Shown: positions 40,105 through 49,833 of the stretch, in pieces
Position numbering within the stretch: the stretch's first letter is position 1
Layout of the letters: each line of letters opens with the position of its first letter
Assembly (NCBI GenBank): GCA_965199825.1
Contig: OZ241329.1
Coordinates: forward strand, 128,001 to 192,000
Direction of reading: 5' to 3'
DNA length: 64,000 nucleotides
Origin: Bdellovibrionales bacterium
GTDB lineage: Bacteria > Bdellovibrionota > Bdellovibrionia > Bdellovibrionales > UBA1609
The notes under the pieces: generated by a model
Seen by the model: the letters and a program-made list of their open reading frames with translations, nothing else
What the model was told of the DNA's origin: nothing
Databases searched by the model: none
Translations under genes and position numbers: made by a program

Positions 40105-40180
40105 GTCCCTTTCGTCTAGAGGCCTAGGACAACCCCCTTTCACGGGGTAGACACGAGTTCGAATCTCGTAAGGGACGCCA
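40105..40180 (+). tRNA. tRNA-Glu(TTC)
   Basis: GTCCCTT/AAGGGAC acceptor stem, anticodon loop CTTTCAC, encoded CCA. Confidence 0.95.
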
Positions 40181-40185
40181 ACATC

Positions 40186-40260
40186 GAATTCAATATTAAA
40201 ACTGCTCAGACATTCGTTCGCCAGTAGGCGAGCCGAACTCGCATTTTTAATATTGAATTC
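40186..40260 (+). repeat. dispersed palindromic element, copy 1
   Basis: 20-bp inverted arms (1 mismatch) around TCAGACATTCGTTCGCCAGTAGGCGAGCCGAACTC. Confidence 0.9.
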
Positions 40261-40438
40261 TCTTACCCTTGGAAACGGGAATACCTTCGTTCGCATTTTA
40301 TATATTTCTGCTAACTCACCTATATAAATATTAAATTTTTAGACAGGAGATTTACTACAAAGCGTTGGCTCTTGGAGCATATGGAAACATGAGGTTGAAA
40401 TGAGTTGCGTGCTTACCAAGATGCCACTGCACACTTCA

Positions 40439-40465
40439 GTAGAGCGACTGCCGAAAGGCAGTCGC
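40439..40465. other. GTAG-preceded perfect GNRA hairpin
   Basis: GTAG A GCGACTGCC GAAA GGCAGTCGC. Confidence 0.6.
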
Positions 40466-40476
40466 AAAGAAAAATC

Positions 40477-41061
40477 CTAGTTTGTAACGCCGGAAATAAA
40501 CTGGAGCGAGTTGCCGAATTCCGCGGAGATGTCACCAAAAGTCATTGTTGAACCAAGCTTTGCTTCGCACTGGACAGTGATCTCGAATCCATCTTTAAAA
40601 TTCTTGTCGGTATTCAATTTAAACATGGTGTAAGCTAAACCAGCAAATGTAACGCCTTGCTTGTGTTTTCGAATGTACAATACAGCAGTGTAAGGCCTTG
40701 CATTCGAAATGGTTTCTAAAATTTTGCACTGGCGATCGTTCTTTTCTTGCTGTGCCAAACTTATCAGTCCTGGCAAGCCATTTAGATTTGTAATCAAAAC
40801 TTGTGGCTGCAGTTCCCCTATTTTTTTTCTCAGGTCTTTGGCACTTTGCCCATAAAGTTCTGATCCGACTGCGATCAATTGGTTGAGTTCGGCAGTTTGT
40901 GCTGAATCCCTAGGGTCAACGAGAGAAGGGCTCTCCGCAATTACAGATTCGGCAACTTTTGCTCCTGCAGCGGTTGTAACAGGGGGATGATTCGAAGCGC
41001 TGTGACACGCAATTTGGGCTATTGTAGCGAGAACACTGCTGAGGATCCGGATCGATTTCAT
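40477..41061 (-). CDS. hypothetical lipoprotein, paralog of 52963-53892
   Basis: Lipobox-like QIAC, AGGAG SD, C-terminal domain aligns with the 52963 protein. Confidence 0.8.
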   Translation of the reverse strand: MKSIRILSSVLATIAQIACHSASNHPPVTTAAGAKVAESVIAESPSLVDPRDSAQTAELNQLIAVGSELYGQSAKDLRKKIGELQPQVLITNLNGLPGLISLAQQEKNDRQCKILETISNARPYTAVLYIRKHKQGVTFAGLAYTMFKLNTDKNFKDGFEITVQCEAKLGSTMTFGDISAEFGNSLQFISGVTN

Positions 41062-41109
41062 TTCTACTCCTTGAACGTGAAGGCGGCGTCATTGCCACCG
41101 CGTTGGAAG

Positions 41110-41126
41110 AGCACGACGTATGCCGA
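41110..41126 (-). promoter_or_regulatory. putative sigma54 promoter
   Basis: TCGGCATACGTCGTGCT (GG-N10-GC), ~50 bp upstream of ATG 41061. Confidence 0.5.
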
Positions 41127-41310
41127 TCGAGTATGAGGTTGATTGGTTTTGTGGTATAAAAAACCGATAATTTTTTCATGAATACAAAGACTATCCTCAA
41201 TTTTAAATCATATTTTATTTATAAATAATTTTTAATAATGCAGGAGTTGAATCGCAACACGGCACCAATTCAGTATTGGTTGGAGAGGTTTGTCCGCCCT
41301 TTTTTCTGAT

Positions 41311-41757
41311 TCATTGCAAAGAAATAACTGGAACGACTTTGAAAAGTTCTTCTCCACCGAAACCGGTTTTAATTGCAGGAATATCAGCGACAATGAGTGG
41401 ACCCGATACACCGAATTTTGAAAGATAAACGCCATCACCAATATAAATCGCAAGATGAGTAAAAGACCGAACGTCATGTCCAGTCATAATGGTGTCGCCA
41501 ATTTTAACGGAAGATTCATCGGCCAATTTTTCAACTTGCCACTCTCGTAGGTCAAATCTAGCGAAGGGAAAATCAAGACCATTCAAAGAATGCACAAAAC
41601 AGAAGCAGTCGAATGGAGAACTCGCTGGACCTCCCACTCTCAAATAGTCCAAGATTCTTTCATTCATTTCACTTGATAATTTTACGGCCTTTTGTGCGCC
41701 TCTCTTAACGGTCGAGATATGAAGAGTTGCGTGTGGCGGAATATCGATTGGAACCAA
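41311..41757 (-). pseudogene. NlpC/P60-like (papain-fold) protein, likely 5'-truncated
   Basis: FDCFCF...GD...HLAIYIGDG motifs; TTG start a few codons after an in-frame TGA; repeat element just upstream. Confidence 0.5.
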
Positions 41758-41819
41758 TGCGTCGATGTATCAAGATTGTTTCCCTGGGATAGCCGTCCGA
41801 ATTGCTTAAACCACATCTC

Positions 41820-41893
41820 AATTTCAATATTAAAAATGCTCAGACATCCGTTCGCCTTTGGCGAGCCGAACTCGCATTTTAATTAGTGATTTC
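41820..41893 (+). repeat. dispersed palindromic element, copy 2 (degenerate)
   Basis: CAATATTAAAAATGCTCAGACATCCGTTCGCCTTTGGCGAGCCGAACTCGCATTTT. Confidence 0.88.
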
Positions 41894-41962
41894 TCTACCG
41901 GTTGGAGTTGGGGAGTGAGTTGATCCTTGAAGTAGTATTTTGAGTTGAAGCTACAATTTTAA

Positions 41963-42685
41963 GTGGGTATTTGGGTCGGAGTGCTCAATAAATTTATTTG
42001 TATTATCTTAGTTGCGCTGATTTGTCTCAGGCAAAATTCAGTAGAAGCAAAAGATGTTTTAATTTTTGGTAAAACTATTAAGCCTGCGCATATGAATATT
42101 ATCCCGACAGCAGGTAAGTCTCTAGAGCTTTTTTTATCGCAGAATGGATTTAATGCGAAGTTCATCCAAAATTTAAATTTTGCTCAAACTCTAGAAATTA
42201 AAAATTATGATGCGTTGATTTTTTTAGACACTTCAGAAGGAATTTTAACTCTCTACCAAAAAAAGAAAATTGAATCTTACTTTAAAAACGGTTTAGGCAT
42301 CCTAGCTATTCATTCGTCGGTCGCATTAGGTAATGATTGGATTTGGTTTAAATCTCTCATCGGCGCCACATTCAAAAATCATCCGCCAATTCATTCCGAA
42401 ACAGTAAGGCGAGTTGAACCTTTACACCCATCAATCAAACACTTGCCGAGAACATGGACACAGGAGGATGAATGGTATGAATTTGCTAGCAAGTGAGATG
42501 ATTCAGCACAAATTCTAATAACTTTAAATTCAGATCCTATATCCTGGTGTCGCGAGGTCGCTGGTGCAGGCCGATTTTGGTATACGTCTATGGGTCACTC
42601 CGAAAGCCTTTACACAGATCAAGCCGGTCAAAATTTTAGGAGGCATCTGCTAGACGGATTAAAATGGTTAACAGAAACGCATTAG
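41963..42685 (+). pseudogene. ThuA-like (class I glutamine amidotransferase fold) protein interrupted by an in-frame TGA
   Basis: IH, F..HP and DEWY motifs; TGA at 42494-42496, then same frame PISWC...GRFWYTSMGH to TAG at 42685. Confidence 0.85.
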
Positions 42686-42986
42686 ACAAACAATTTAATG
42701 GCAGAAATTAAATTGTGTTTACCGGTGCACGTATTTGGGACAAATGAACCAGCTTCTCAAGAAAATATAATATATATCAATCGTCTGTATTTGAATACCC
42801 AAACATCGGGCTCTGCTCCATTTTTCAACTCGGCGGCCGACCACTGCGCATAAACATATTCAATAGTAGACGAGAAAATGGCACCACCCATTCAAAATCT
42901 TATTCGATCTATCAATATAAATTGATGCGACATTTTTATAGCGCGTGCTATGGCAATCCATCGGCAGATTTGCCAAAGGAGAAATT

Positions 42987-43412
42987 TTGCGAAATCTTTT
43001 TAGCTTGTTTGTTTTTGTGAGCTTACTTTTCTTTGCGGCTCCACAAAGTCACGCCACAGTTTGCAATGCCGCTTTAAATCCGAATCTGACAGCTAGCTAT
43101 CGTTTGCTCACCTGGCTTAATGATCGAGCCCGATGTGTCCCGCAATTTGGAACGCTGATCAAGATGCACTCCGGGTCTTTGGAGGACGTGGTCCGAGCAA
43201 TCCATTCTGTCTTGAGCAGTCAAGAGACTGATGATCCTGGGCCCTACAATAGTTTTGATCAATGGTGTGAAGGTGTTGAGACCAATCGACAGGCTTTATT
43301 AGCTGAGCTCAAACAAGCCTTGCCTGATCAGTACAAAGACCAGACGGAGCAGGGTTTGGACAAATTGCTCGAGATCATATCCAAAAGAAATTCTTGGGCT
43401 CGTCCCAAATAA
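42987..43412 (+). CDS. hypothetical secreted protein
   Basis: AAGGAG SD then TTG at 42987; signal peptide ending SHA. Confidence 0.65.
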   Translation: MRNLFSLFVFVSLLFFAAPQSHATVCNAALNPNLTASYRLLTWLNDRARCVPQFGTLIKMHSGSLEDVVRAIHSVLSSQETDDPGPYNSFDQWCEGVETNRQALLAELKQALPDQYKDQTEQGLDKLLEIISKRNSWARPK

Positions 43413-43651
43413 GTTTTTTGTCGAAGCTTTACTGCTGCTCCAACCATTAGTTATTTTTGAATCGTCCAACATGGATACTTCGATGTTGATGAATCAAACC
43501 CAGTTTTGGCAGAACCTTTAAACCCCGCCAGTCTCAACCGAATCACAAGGGGTTTCATTCGACCATGCGTTTGCATCTGCTATGGCCGAACAGAATAGGC
43601 TAAAAGAAGTCTTCGCAGAAACCGACGAATTTTTTAGAATCGTCGATTCAT

Positions 43652-45961
43652 TTACCGTTCATTCTCGTTCGTTGGGATCCGAACGAAATTTTTGAGATTG
43701 AGAATCACGCCTGCTTTTGGCGCAGCCGACGAAGGCTTTTGGAGATAAAGATCTGTCAAACGAGTGGCGATAAATTTCCAGCTCGGTTTTACCCCTGCGG
43801 GAAGTTTGTAAATAGATTGAATCTTATTTTCAAAAACGGGGTCATTTAGAAGAATCGATGCGGCAGTTTTAAAAAGTATATTCCGTTCAGCCTCACTCTC
43901 TGTGTTTCTTAACGAGATCAGAGTTTTTGCAAACTCTGGATACTTCGCTTGGGCGGGATTAAAAACCTCACGCTCTAAGTCTGCCAATGCAGGGTCTTGG
44001 GGAGCGTTGGTAAGCTTAAGGAGGCCCGGATCTTCTTCCGCTTCAAAATCACCAACACCCTCTTCTTGAACTTCATCTTCGTCGAACTGACCAACAGCAT
44101 CTTCCTGCGCCCCGCGCTCGACACTTTGGTAATAGGGTTGGAGATTAAAATCTTTTGAGAACTGAAGGCTTCGACGAATCGGATCTTCGTCCAATGGAAA
44201 CTGGAAAAAACCTTTTTTACTTAGCCATTTGTTATTGCCTCGGCTGATCAGAATCTGATTTGCTTCGGTTGAGTTTGATGCCGTCAAAGCCACAAGATCT
44301 CGCCCCTCAGATTGAGCAAATTTTTTGACGAACTCAAGAGCGGAATCAAAAGCCTCACGGGCATCTTCATGGTAGGGCAAGCCCTCATGAGCTTGAGGAT
44401 TAAACTCGAGCGCATCGATCAGCACAATAGGTCGATGATTGAGATCGGCTAAAGACAAATGCATTTTGCCTAAAAATCTTTTGCCCTTTGAAAAAGTCAA
44501 AATTTGATAATGAGGATTGTAGAGCCAAGTGGAAGATCGACCAAAGTTGATGCTTCCGACCGCGGTACAGTCACCACAATCCGAACCCAATTCCAAATCA
44601 CCGAGGGTTCTGGCGACATAGCGAAGCACCACTCGATTTTTGTTTTGATCAGGATTGAGTGCTTCGATATTTTTAAGAAGATCATCTGCATACATAGCAA
44701 ACACCGAGTCATGTGTTTCTGGATTATTCAAAGAAATATTGAGTGCACGACCCACGTCCTCTTGTTGCTTCTTACTTAATGCTTCAAATTTGTTTTTGAC
44801 TGCTTTGGGATTAGCAACTGTTATCCATTTTTGAGCCGTTCTTAATTCTTTAACAACACTCGAGTTGTCAAATAATTTAAGTTTGAAATAAGGATCGGCG
44901 GCGATGGACTTAACAACCGCTTGCTGATCTTTTGCGTCCTGATCCAGATGCAAAAGATACTTTTTAGTATCGCTGTTTTTTGCAAGATTCGAAAATAAAC
45001 TTTGATAGTAATTGATGCTCTCCTCAAATGCGACGAGGGCCTGGGTTGGCGTCAAATCGGAATTAAGATTTTTTAATAAGCGATATTTAAAAACGAAATC
45101 TGAAAGTTGAACCATTGGATCTCGTTGAGTCACACTGATAACTTTTTGGTCTTCTAGAATCTTTATTATTTTTTGAGCCGAATTTTTTTTGATTGATTTT
45201 AATTCTAGATAATCAAATAGGTTTGGCGAGCCAAGATTACGTGTGATCTCTGCCACAAGGTCTTTAAGTTCAGACAGATCGCGACGCAAATCAGAACGAA
45301 ATCTACGCTGACCTGGTTCGGCAGCCGCAGCCTGAAAAACACTTTTACTGCGCGATAAAAGGTCTGAGAATTCGATGAGCTCTCTATCTCCGAGGCCAAC
45401 AAGATGCAGGTCTAACTCAGGCAGCAACTTTGTTTGAAATTGTTCAGGATGCTGCTTTTTGACTTCCATTAAGCGAGAAAACAATGACTGGACACTGAGC
45501 TTGATATCGTCTGAAAATTGAAGTGGGTAAGTTTGATCTTCAAAACTGATGACGGTGGTTAATACATCAAATATTGAGGACCCTTGTTCAAATAAAATTT
45601 CCTCATTTCGTTTTTGAATCAAGTAGTGACCAATCGCCAAATTGATTTTGGCACGTATCGAAAATTCGTCTTGCGAGAAATCGACCAAGAGATCCAAAAT
45701 TATTGCAGATTTTTTGTTTTGTTTGAGAATGCGATCGATAATGGCTTGGTGATCTTGATCAATGTTCACCTGTCGACGAATATCAAGCCGAAGATCTTGC
45801 GTATCTTCGTCGGTAAATTCCTCACCTGAAATCAATTTCTGATTCAGACGAGTCATGTTGGGGCCTTTTAAAATGTCATCACAAATAGGGTCTGAGCAAA
45901 AGCCTGTTGTGCTGATCATTAAGGCCACTAACAACAAACTAAATTTAATTTTAAAAATCAT
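43652..45961 (-). CDS. large hypothetical secreted protein with a C-terminal CGDC-motif domain
   Basis: Long ORF; signal peptide from ATG 45961; GSDCGDCT...IDALE. Confidence 0.8.
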   Translation of the reverse strand: MIFKIKFSLLLVALMISTTGFCSDPICDDILKGPNMTRLNQKLISGEEFTDEDTQDLRLDIRRQVNIDQDHQAIIDRILKQNKKSAIILDLLVDFSQDEFSIRAKINLAIGHYLIQKRNEEILFEQGSSIFDVLTTVISFEDQTYPLQFSDDIKLSVQSLFSRLMEVKKQHPEQFQTKLLPELDLHLVGLGDRELIEFSDLLSRSKSVFQAAAAEPGQRRFRSDLRRDLSELKDLVAEITRNLGSPNLFDYLELKSIKKNSAQKIIKILEDQKVISVTQRDPMVQLSDFVFKYRLLKNLNSDLTPTQALVAFEESINYYQSLFSNLAKNSDTKKYLLHLDQDAKDQQAVVKSIAADPYFKLKLFDNSSVVKELRTAQKWITVANPKAVKNKFEALSKKQQEDVGRALNISLNNPETHDSVFAMYADDLLKNIEALNPDQNKNRVVLRYVARTLGDLELGSDCGDCTAVGSINFGRSSTWLYNPHYQILTFSKGKRFLGKMHLSLADLNHRPIVLIDALEFNPQAHEGLPYHEDAREAFDSALEFVKKFAQSEGRDLVALTASNSTEANQILISRGNNKWLSKKGFFQFPLDEDPIRRSLQFSKDFNLQPYYQSVERGAQEDAVGQFDEDEVQEEGVGDFEAEEDPGLLKLTNAPQDPALADLEREVFNPAQAKYPEFAKTLISLRNTESEAERNILFKTAASILLNDPVFENKIQSIYKLPAGVKPSWKFIATRLTDLYLQKPSSAAPKAGVILNLKNFVRIPTNENER

Positions 45962-46064
45962 TTGGCTTTTATAAGTTGGGAGCTGCCGGACGCTCAAGAG
46001 CTAAAAAACTCAACAAAATATCTTCTTTGGCATTAGGATGATTATCCCGCAACGGCAGAGCCGT

Positions 46065-46391
46065 CTATTGGCAAACCAGATTCACCGAATCCAATTCCCA
46101 TCTTTCGAATGTGATTTTTTTTGGCATAGTGCTGCGAGCGGCTTTAAACCAACCAGCCTTTGCTATTACTAAACCAATATATTTTACGTAACTTCCATCC
46201 TTAAGAGCACAGTCTACCTCAAGGGTATAATAACGAGCCTCAAGGGTATAATAGAGCGAATCATTGTGGGCGTCAAATTTTGAACTCTGGATTTCATAGT
46301 CATTGGGAATTGTAGCAACACAAGATTCTAACCCGTAAGCTAAACTGGACACCGATATCAACAAGGCAAAAAATATGGATTTTGCTTTCAT
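46065..46391 (-). CDS. hypothetical secreted protein
   Basis: AAGGAG SD, signal peptide, three Cys. Confidence 0.7.
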   Translation of the reverse strand: MKAKSIFFALLISVSSLAYGLESCVATIPNDYEIQSSKFDAHNDSLYYTLEARYYTLEVDCALKDGSYVKYIGLVIAKAGWFKAARSTMPKKITFERWELDSVNLVCQ

Positions 46392-46529
46392 TATTATTTC
46401 TCCTTCGAACCAACTAAAAATAAAAATGATTTAGTGGCTTCCATGTTGGATTAATTAAGGCTCTTGGGAAAGTCTAATAAATTGAGTAGATGAAAACCAA
46501 AGCATGATCGGCGACCCGGTTGATGAGTC

Positions 46530-47234
46530 TCAGAGTCCTTTTTCATTAAGCCATGCCGACACAACGGCTCGACGGGTCTGAACGTCTGTAGATGGGTCGT
46601 GTTTGAATTCGGCTAAGAGGGCTTGGACCGTGGAAAGCAAAACGTCATAAGCCTCACCGATTTCGGCTGGTGTATAGCCTGCTCGTACGAGCAATTCGAC
46701 CGAAAATCCCTCGACATTCGCGTGTTCGTAATCAGCAAAAGCAATATTGATCCCATGAATAAATATGGGTGAGGGCCCGAGTGGCCCGTCATGGTTTGGA
46801 TAATCATTCATCGAAAGATCGAATAAATAATGTGAAATTTCATGAGACAAAACGGCTGCGATGACAAGGTTTGGATGTTGAGCATGCGTTGTAAATCTTT
46901 TGATCATATCTAGATCGACTAAGATAAATTTACGAGTCGAATCGCAGCTGACATTAAAGTGCTTTGAAAGTTTAAGTTGAAAGTCATCGGCTGCGGGATG
47001 GATAGCAGATTTAATTTTCGCAAAAATCAGGTTGAGTTTTGCATCAGGATTTTTATTTAAAACTTTCACCGTCGAATTTTCTGAAACAAATCTCGGGAAA
47101 TTTGGTTTTTTTAAAATCATCTCTAAGGCTTCAGTGAAGGTGGCGCTGAGCGATTGCGCCTCGGCATGCGGGCCAGTTGCGACGAGCGCGATTGCAATAG
47201 TAAATAAACACAATTTAATAAAAAGTTGTTTCAT
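46530..47234 (-). CDS. secreted zinc metallopeptidase-like protein (M48-like)
   Basis: Signal peptide from ATG 47234; AAVLSHEISH (HExxH) and downstream E...RAGY. Confidence 0.7.
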   Translation of the reverse strand: MKQLFIKLCLFTIAIALVATGPHAEAQSLSATFTEALEMILKKPNFPRFVSENSTVKVLNKNPDAKLNLIFAKIKSAIHPAADDFQLKLSKHFNVSCDSTRKFILVDLDMIKRFTTHAQHPNLVIAAVLSHEISHYLFDLSMNDYPNHDGPLGPSPIFIHGINIAFADYEHANVEGFSVELLVRAGYTPAEIGEAYDVLLSTVQALLAEFKHDPSTDVQTRRAVVSAWLNEKGL

Positions 47235-47250
47235 CCAGATTCTAAACCAT

Positions 47251-47267
47251 AGCAAACGACAAGCCAA
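47251..47267 (-). promoter_or_regulatory. putative sigma54 promoter
   Basis: TTGGCTTGTCGTTTGCT (TGGC-N7-TTGC). Confidence 0.55.
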
Positions 47268-47273
47268 TAGCAC

Positions 47274-48398
47274 CTACCGCGCGGATTGAGCGCTGCGCGA
47301 CGAGGATGTCATCGAAGAACCGGCAACCCCTTCGCTAAAGGTGCCCGAGGCTTGTTGCAAAGGATCTGCGAGTGCGAGCTTGTTGAGGCGAATGGCTTCA
47401 CTCAGCATAGAGTTGCTCGGTCGTAATCTTGTGATCGAAACAACGTTGTCGGGAGCTGCATAACTTGAGGGTCGCACGTTGACGTTGGCAATCAAATCTG
47501 AGGCGATCTCGACGTTTTTTGCACCGCCTGATAAAGAATAGGGTCTGATCACAAAAATTTCGTTTGGGGTTCCGGAGTTTTGGATTCCAACCACGCGGCC
47601 TGTGACATTTTCGCCAAAGGTTGTGGTCATCTCAACGTAGCGATTTGCTTCCCATTGAATTTTTGATCCGTTGACCCCTTCAACCTTTACGATGCCCTCC
47701 ACCGGGCGAGCTAAAGTTTGATCCGCGGCAGTCTTAATTTTAAATTCTGAGGCTGAGCCTTCCACATGGGCACGTTGCAGAGTTTCTAAATTTATTTTGT
47801 TTTCGAAAATTCGATCGGTCACGCTAAATGAACTTCTACTAAACGCACTGTCTTTGGCGCCGAGCACATCTTCGATTTTGAGGAAGTTTCTTGATGCGAA
47901 AGATCGAATGGCATTGGCTTCGTCGAGAGCTCGCTTGCCTTCTTTTTCTAACATGGCTTGGGTTTCAGACATCTGCCCGCGAATTTCATTCCAGCGCAAA
48001 ACATTTGGAGCAACACCGTCATTCGGGTGAACCGCCAAATTCGATTGAACACTTTTACCAAGCGCTTGAAATTCTGAATTGAGTTTTTGCAGACGCGCAC
48101 TTTGTTTATTGACATAGTCTAATCGCTCTTCAATGCGTCTAATTTTATTTTGTACGGTTGTGATGGCTTCGGATCGAGGTTGGAGTTTGATGTTTGGCGT
48201 TGGGTTGAAGCTTTGGCCTTGGACTCGATTCAACACAGCGTCATCTCGCAGCCGACGATCGTAAGAATAGTGATCGTTATTTTCTATGGCCCTTGAGACC
48301 GGATCACGAAACAGATCTGTAAATGTCCCCAAAGCTTCTTCTGCTGAGGCGGATGTACTTAAGAGCAAATACAAACTAATGCCAATCATGGTTTTCAT
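47274..48398 (-). CDS. hypothetical secreted protein (coiled coil, Ser-rich tail)
   Basis: Signal peptide ending ASA, 374-aa ORF. Confidence 0.75.
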   Translation of the reverse strand: MKTMIGISLYLLLSTSASAEEALGTFTDLFRDPVSRAIENNDHYSYDRRLRDDAVLNRVQGQSFNPTPNIKLQPRSEAITTVQNKIRRIEERLDYVNKQSARLQKLNSEFQALGKSVQSNLAVHPNDGVAPNVLRWNEIRGQMSETQAMLEKEGKRALDEANAIRSFASRNFLKIEDVLGAKDSAFSRSSFSVTDRIFENKINLETLQRAHVEGSASEFKIKTAADQTLARPVEGIVKVEGVNGSKIQWEANRYVEMTTTFGENVTGRVVGIQNSGTPNEIFVIRPYSLSGGAKNVEIASDLIANVNVRPSSYAAPDNVVSITRLRPSNSMLSEAIRLNKLALADPLQQASGTFSEGVAGSSMTSSSRSAQSAR

Positions 48399-48523
48399 AT
48401 GCTTTTAAAATGCAAATTCTGCGTCTGACTAAATTCTTTATATTTGAGCTTGTTGTTAAAATCTCAAACAGTCTGTTAAAAATTAAACATCAATCTCATA
48501 GTGAGATGTTTTATTTTGAAACA

Positions 48524-48940
48524 TCAATGAGCCGATAACGATATTAAAAGCCGCTTTGCGCTTTCACCATCGAGAGTATACGGATCAAAGTCTCCGTCGG
48601 GTGAAAACTCCAAGGTCAGATGCTTTTGGAGGTGACCAATAAAAACCACATCCTTCATCGACCAATTTGGAAAAAGTCTTTTTTCAATCTTTTGATCTTC
48701 CAAAAGGACAGCATCAAAGTGGCGTGGATCTTTACGAATCTTGTCATAAAGAGAATTGATATGGGTTTGATCGCCTTCAAGAAGTTGCAAAAAAAAGTCT
48801 TCACCAAAAACTAATATTCCGGTGATTTCATTTTTAAGATTATTTTTTTGTGACACCTCAATAATACGTGTGACTTCAGAGCTGTTGCAAACGGCGTCAT
48901 TATATTTACTCACATAAATAATATTAAATAGATTCATCAT
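48524..48940 (-). CDS. stand-alone BLUF blue-light photoreceptor
   Basis: IYVS, NN..ITGIL, FLQLLEG, DPRH, FPNWSM; start moved to ATG 48940. Confidence 0.9.
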   Translation of the reverse strand: MMNLFNIIYVSKYNDAVCNSSEVTRIIEVSQKNNLKNEITGILVFGEDFFLQLLEGDQTHINSLYDKIRKDPRHFDAVLLEDQKIEKRLFPNWSMKDVVFIGHLQKHLTLEFSPDGDFDPYTLDGESAKRLLISLSAH

Positions 48941-49074
48941 ATCAATGTAAGTACAACCGATCTTGGTGTCCATTCTCATTAGACTAAAGTGTGAGGGATG
49001 ATTGCGCATTTTCGGCTTTAGAGACAATTTTTGGCGCTCCAGGGCTTACAGCACAAATCAGTTAACAGAGTCTA

Positions 49075-49090
49075 AGGCATCAAAACTGCA
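49075..49090 (+). promoter_or_regulatory. putative sigma54 promoter
   Basis: AGGCATCAAAACTGCA (GG-N10-GC), 50 bp upstream of ATG 49141. Confidence 0.45.
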
Positions 49091-49140
49091 AACAGAGTTT
49101 GACCAACCACCGCTCCAATTTCCAATAAGGCACTGTTAAA

Positions 49141-49833
49141 ATGAAAACCTTTTTTGTATCGCTGGCAGCATGTTTGATCGTTGTAGGTTGTGGGTCATCT
49201 CATCAGTCCGAAAGCGGCAATGTGTTCTCAAAAGAAAATCCAAAACCGAGTAAGTTTAGTACAACAATGAAAACCACTCAGTCCGACAAAAACAATCAAC
49301 CCATCCCATCTTCGGAACGAATTATTAATATTGTTTATCAATTTCATCCTACCGAACAAGGGATCAATTGGCGTCGCACCATGAAGATTGATTATCAGCA
49401 TCGAATTCAATCGATGTTTCAAGAGGGCGTGATTTCGGAGATGGATAATCAAAAGATGCTTCTTACTGTGAAAAGGTCTTCTTGCGACGATGCCGAGGGC
49501 ATACGCGTTGCTCCATCAAGTGATGTTGTTTACTACCAGGCTTCACCCTCCGTTTTAAAATTGGATACAACACCCATCCCTCCCCCAGCAAAAGGATTTA
49601 CCGACATCATGGGACAGATCATTGGAGGCATAATGGTGGACTCAATGCGGATGATGCTCGAGCAAGCGTTTAGCTTTGGCAGTGCCCGTACTTTTTTGAC
49701 AAGTGGCCATGGTAGCTTTCAACAAGATAATGATCTGCAAATCTTGTCCGAGGATTTAGGAGAAGTCGGTTGTTTTAATGTTTTCGGGCGTGATTTCGTC
49801 GCATCAAAACTACATCCATCTAACGAATTTTAA
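49141..49833 (+). CDS. hypothetical lipoprotein
   Basis: Lipobox VVGC. Confidence 0.75.
   Translation: MKTFFVSLAACLIVVGCGSSHQSESGNVFSKENPKPSKFSTTMKTTQSDKNNQPIPSSERIINIVYQFHPTEQGINWRRTMKIDYQHRIQSMFQEGVISEMDNQKMLLTVKRSSCDDAEGIRVAPSSDVVYYQASPSVLKLDTTPIPPPAKGFTDIMGQIIGGIMVDSMRMMLEQAFSFGSARTFLTSGHGSFQQDNDLQILSEDLGEVGCFNVFGRDFVASKLHPSNEF

Noticed and set aside
40441..40480. c-di-GMP-I riboswitch (GAAA tetraloop followed by CGCAAAG)
   Set aside because: Lacks the GCAAA and GGAC junction residues and the P3 stem, and there is no downstream gene on that strand
42951..42966. sigma54 promoter TGGCAATCCATCGGCA
   Set aside because: Spacing is right but the -12 element is poor and the implied TSS would fall on the SD
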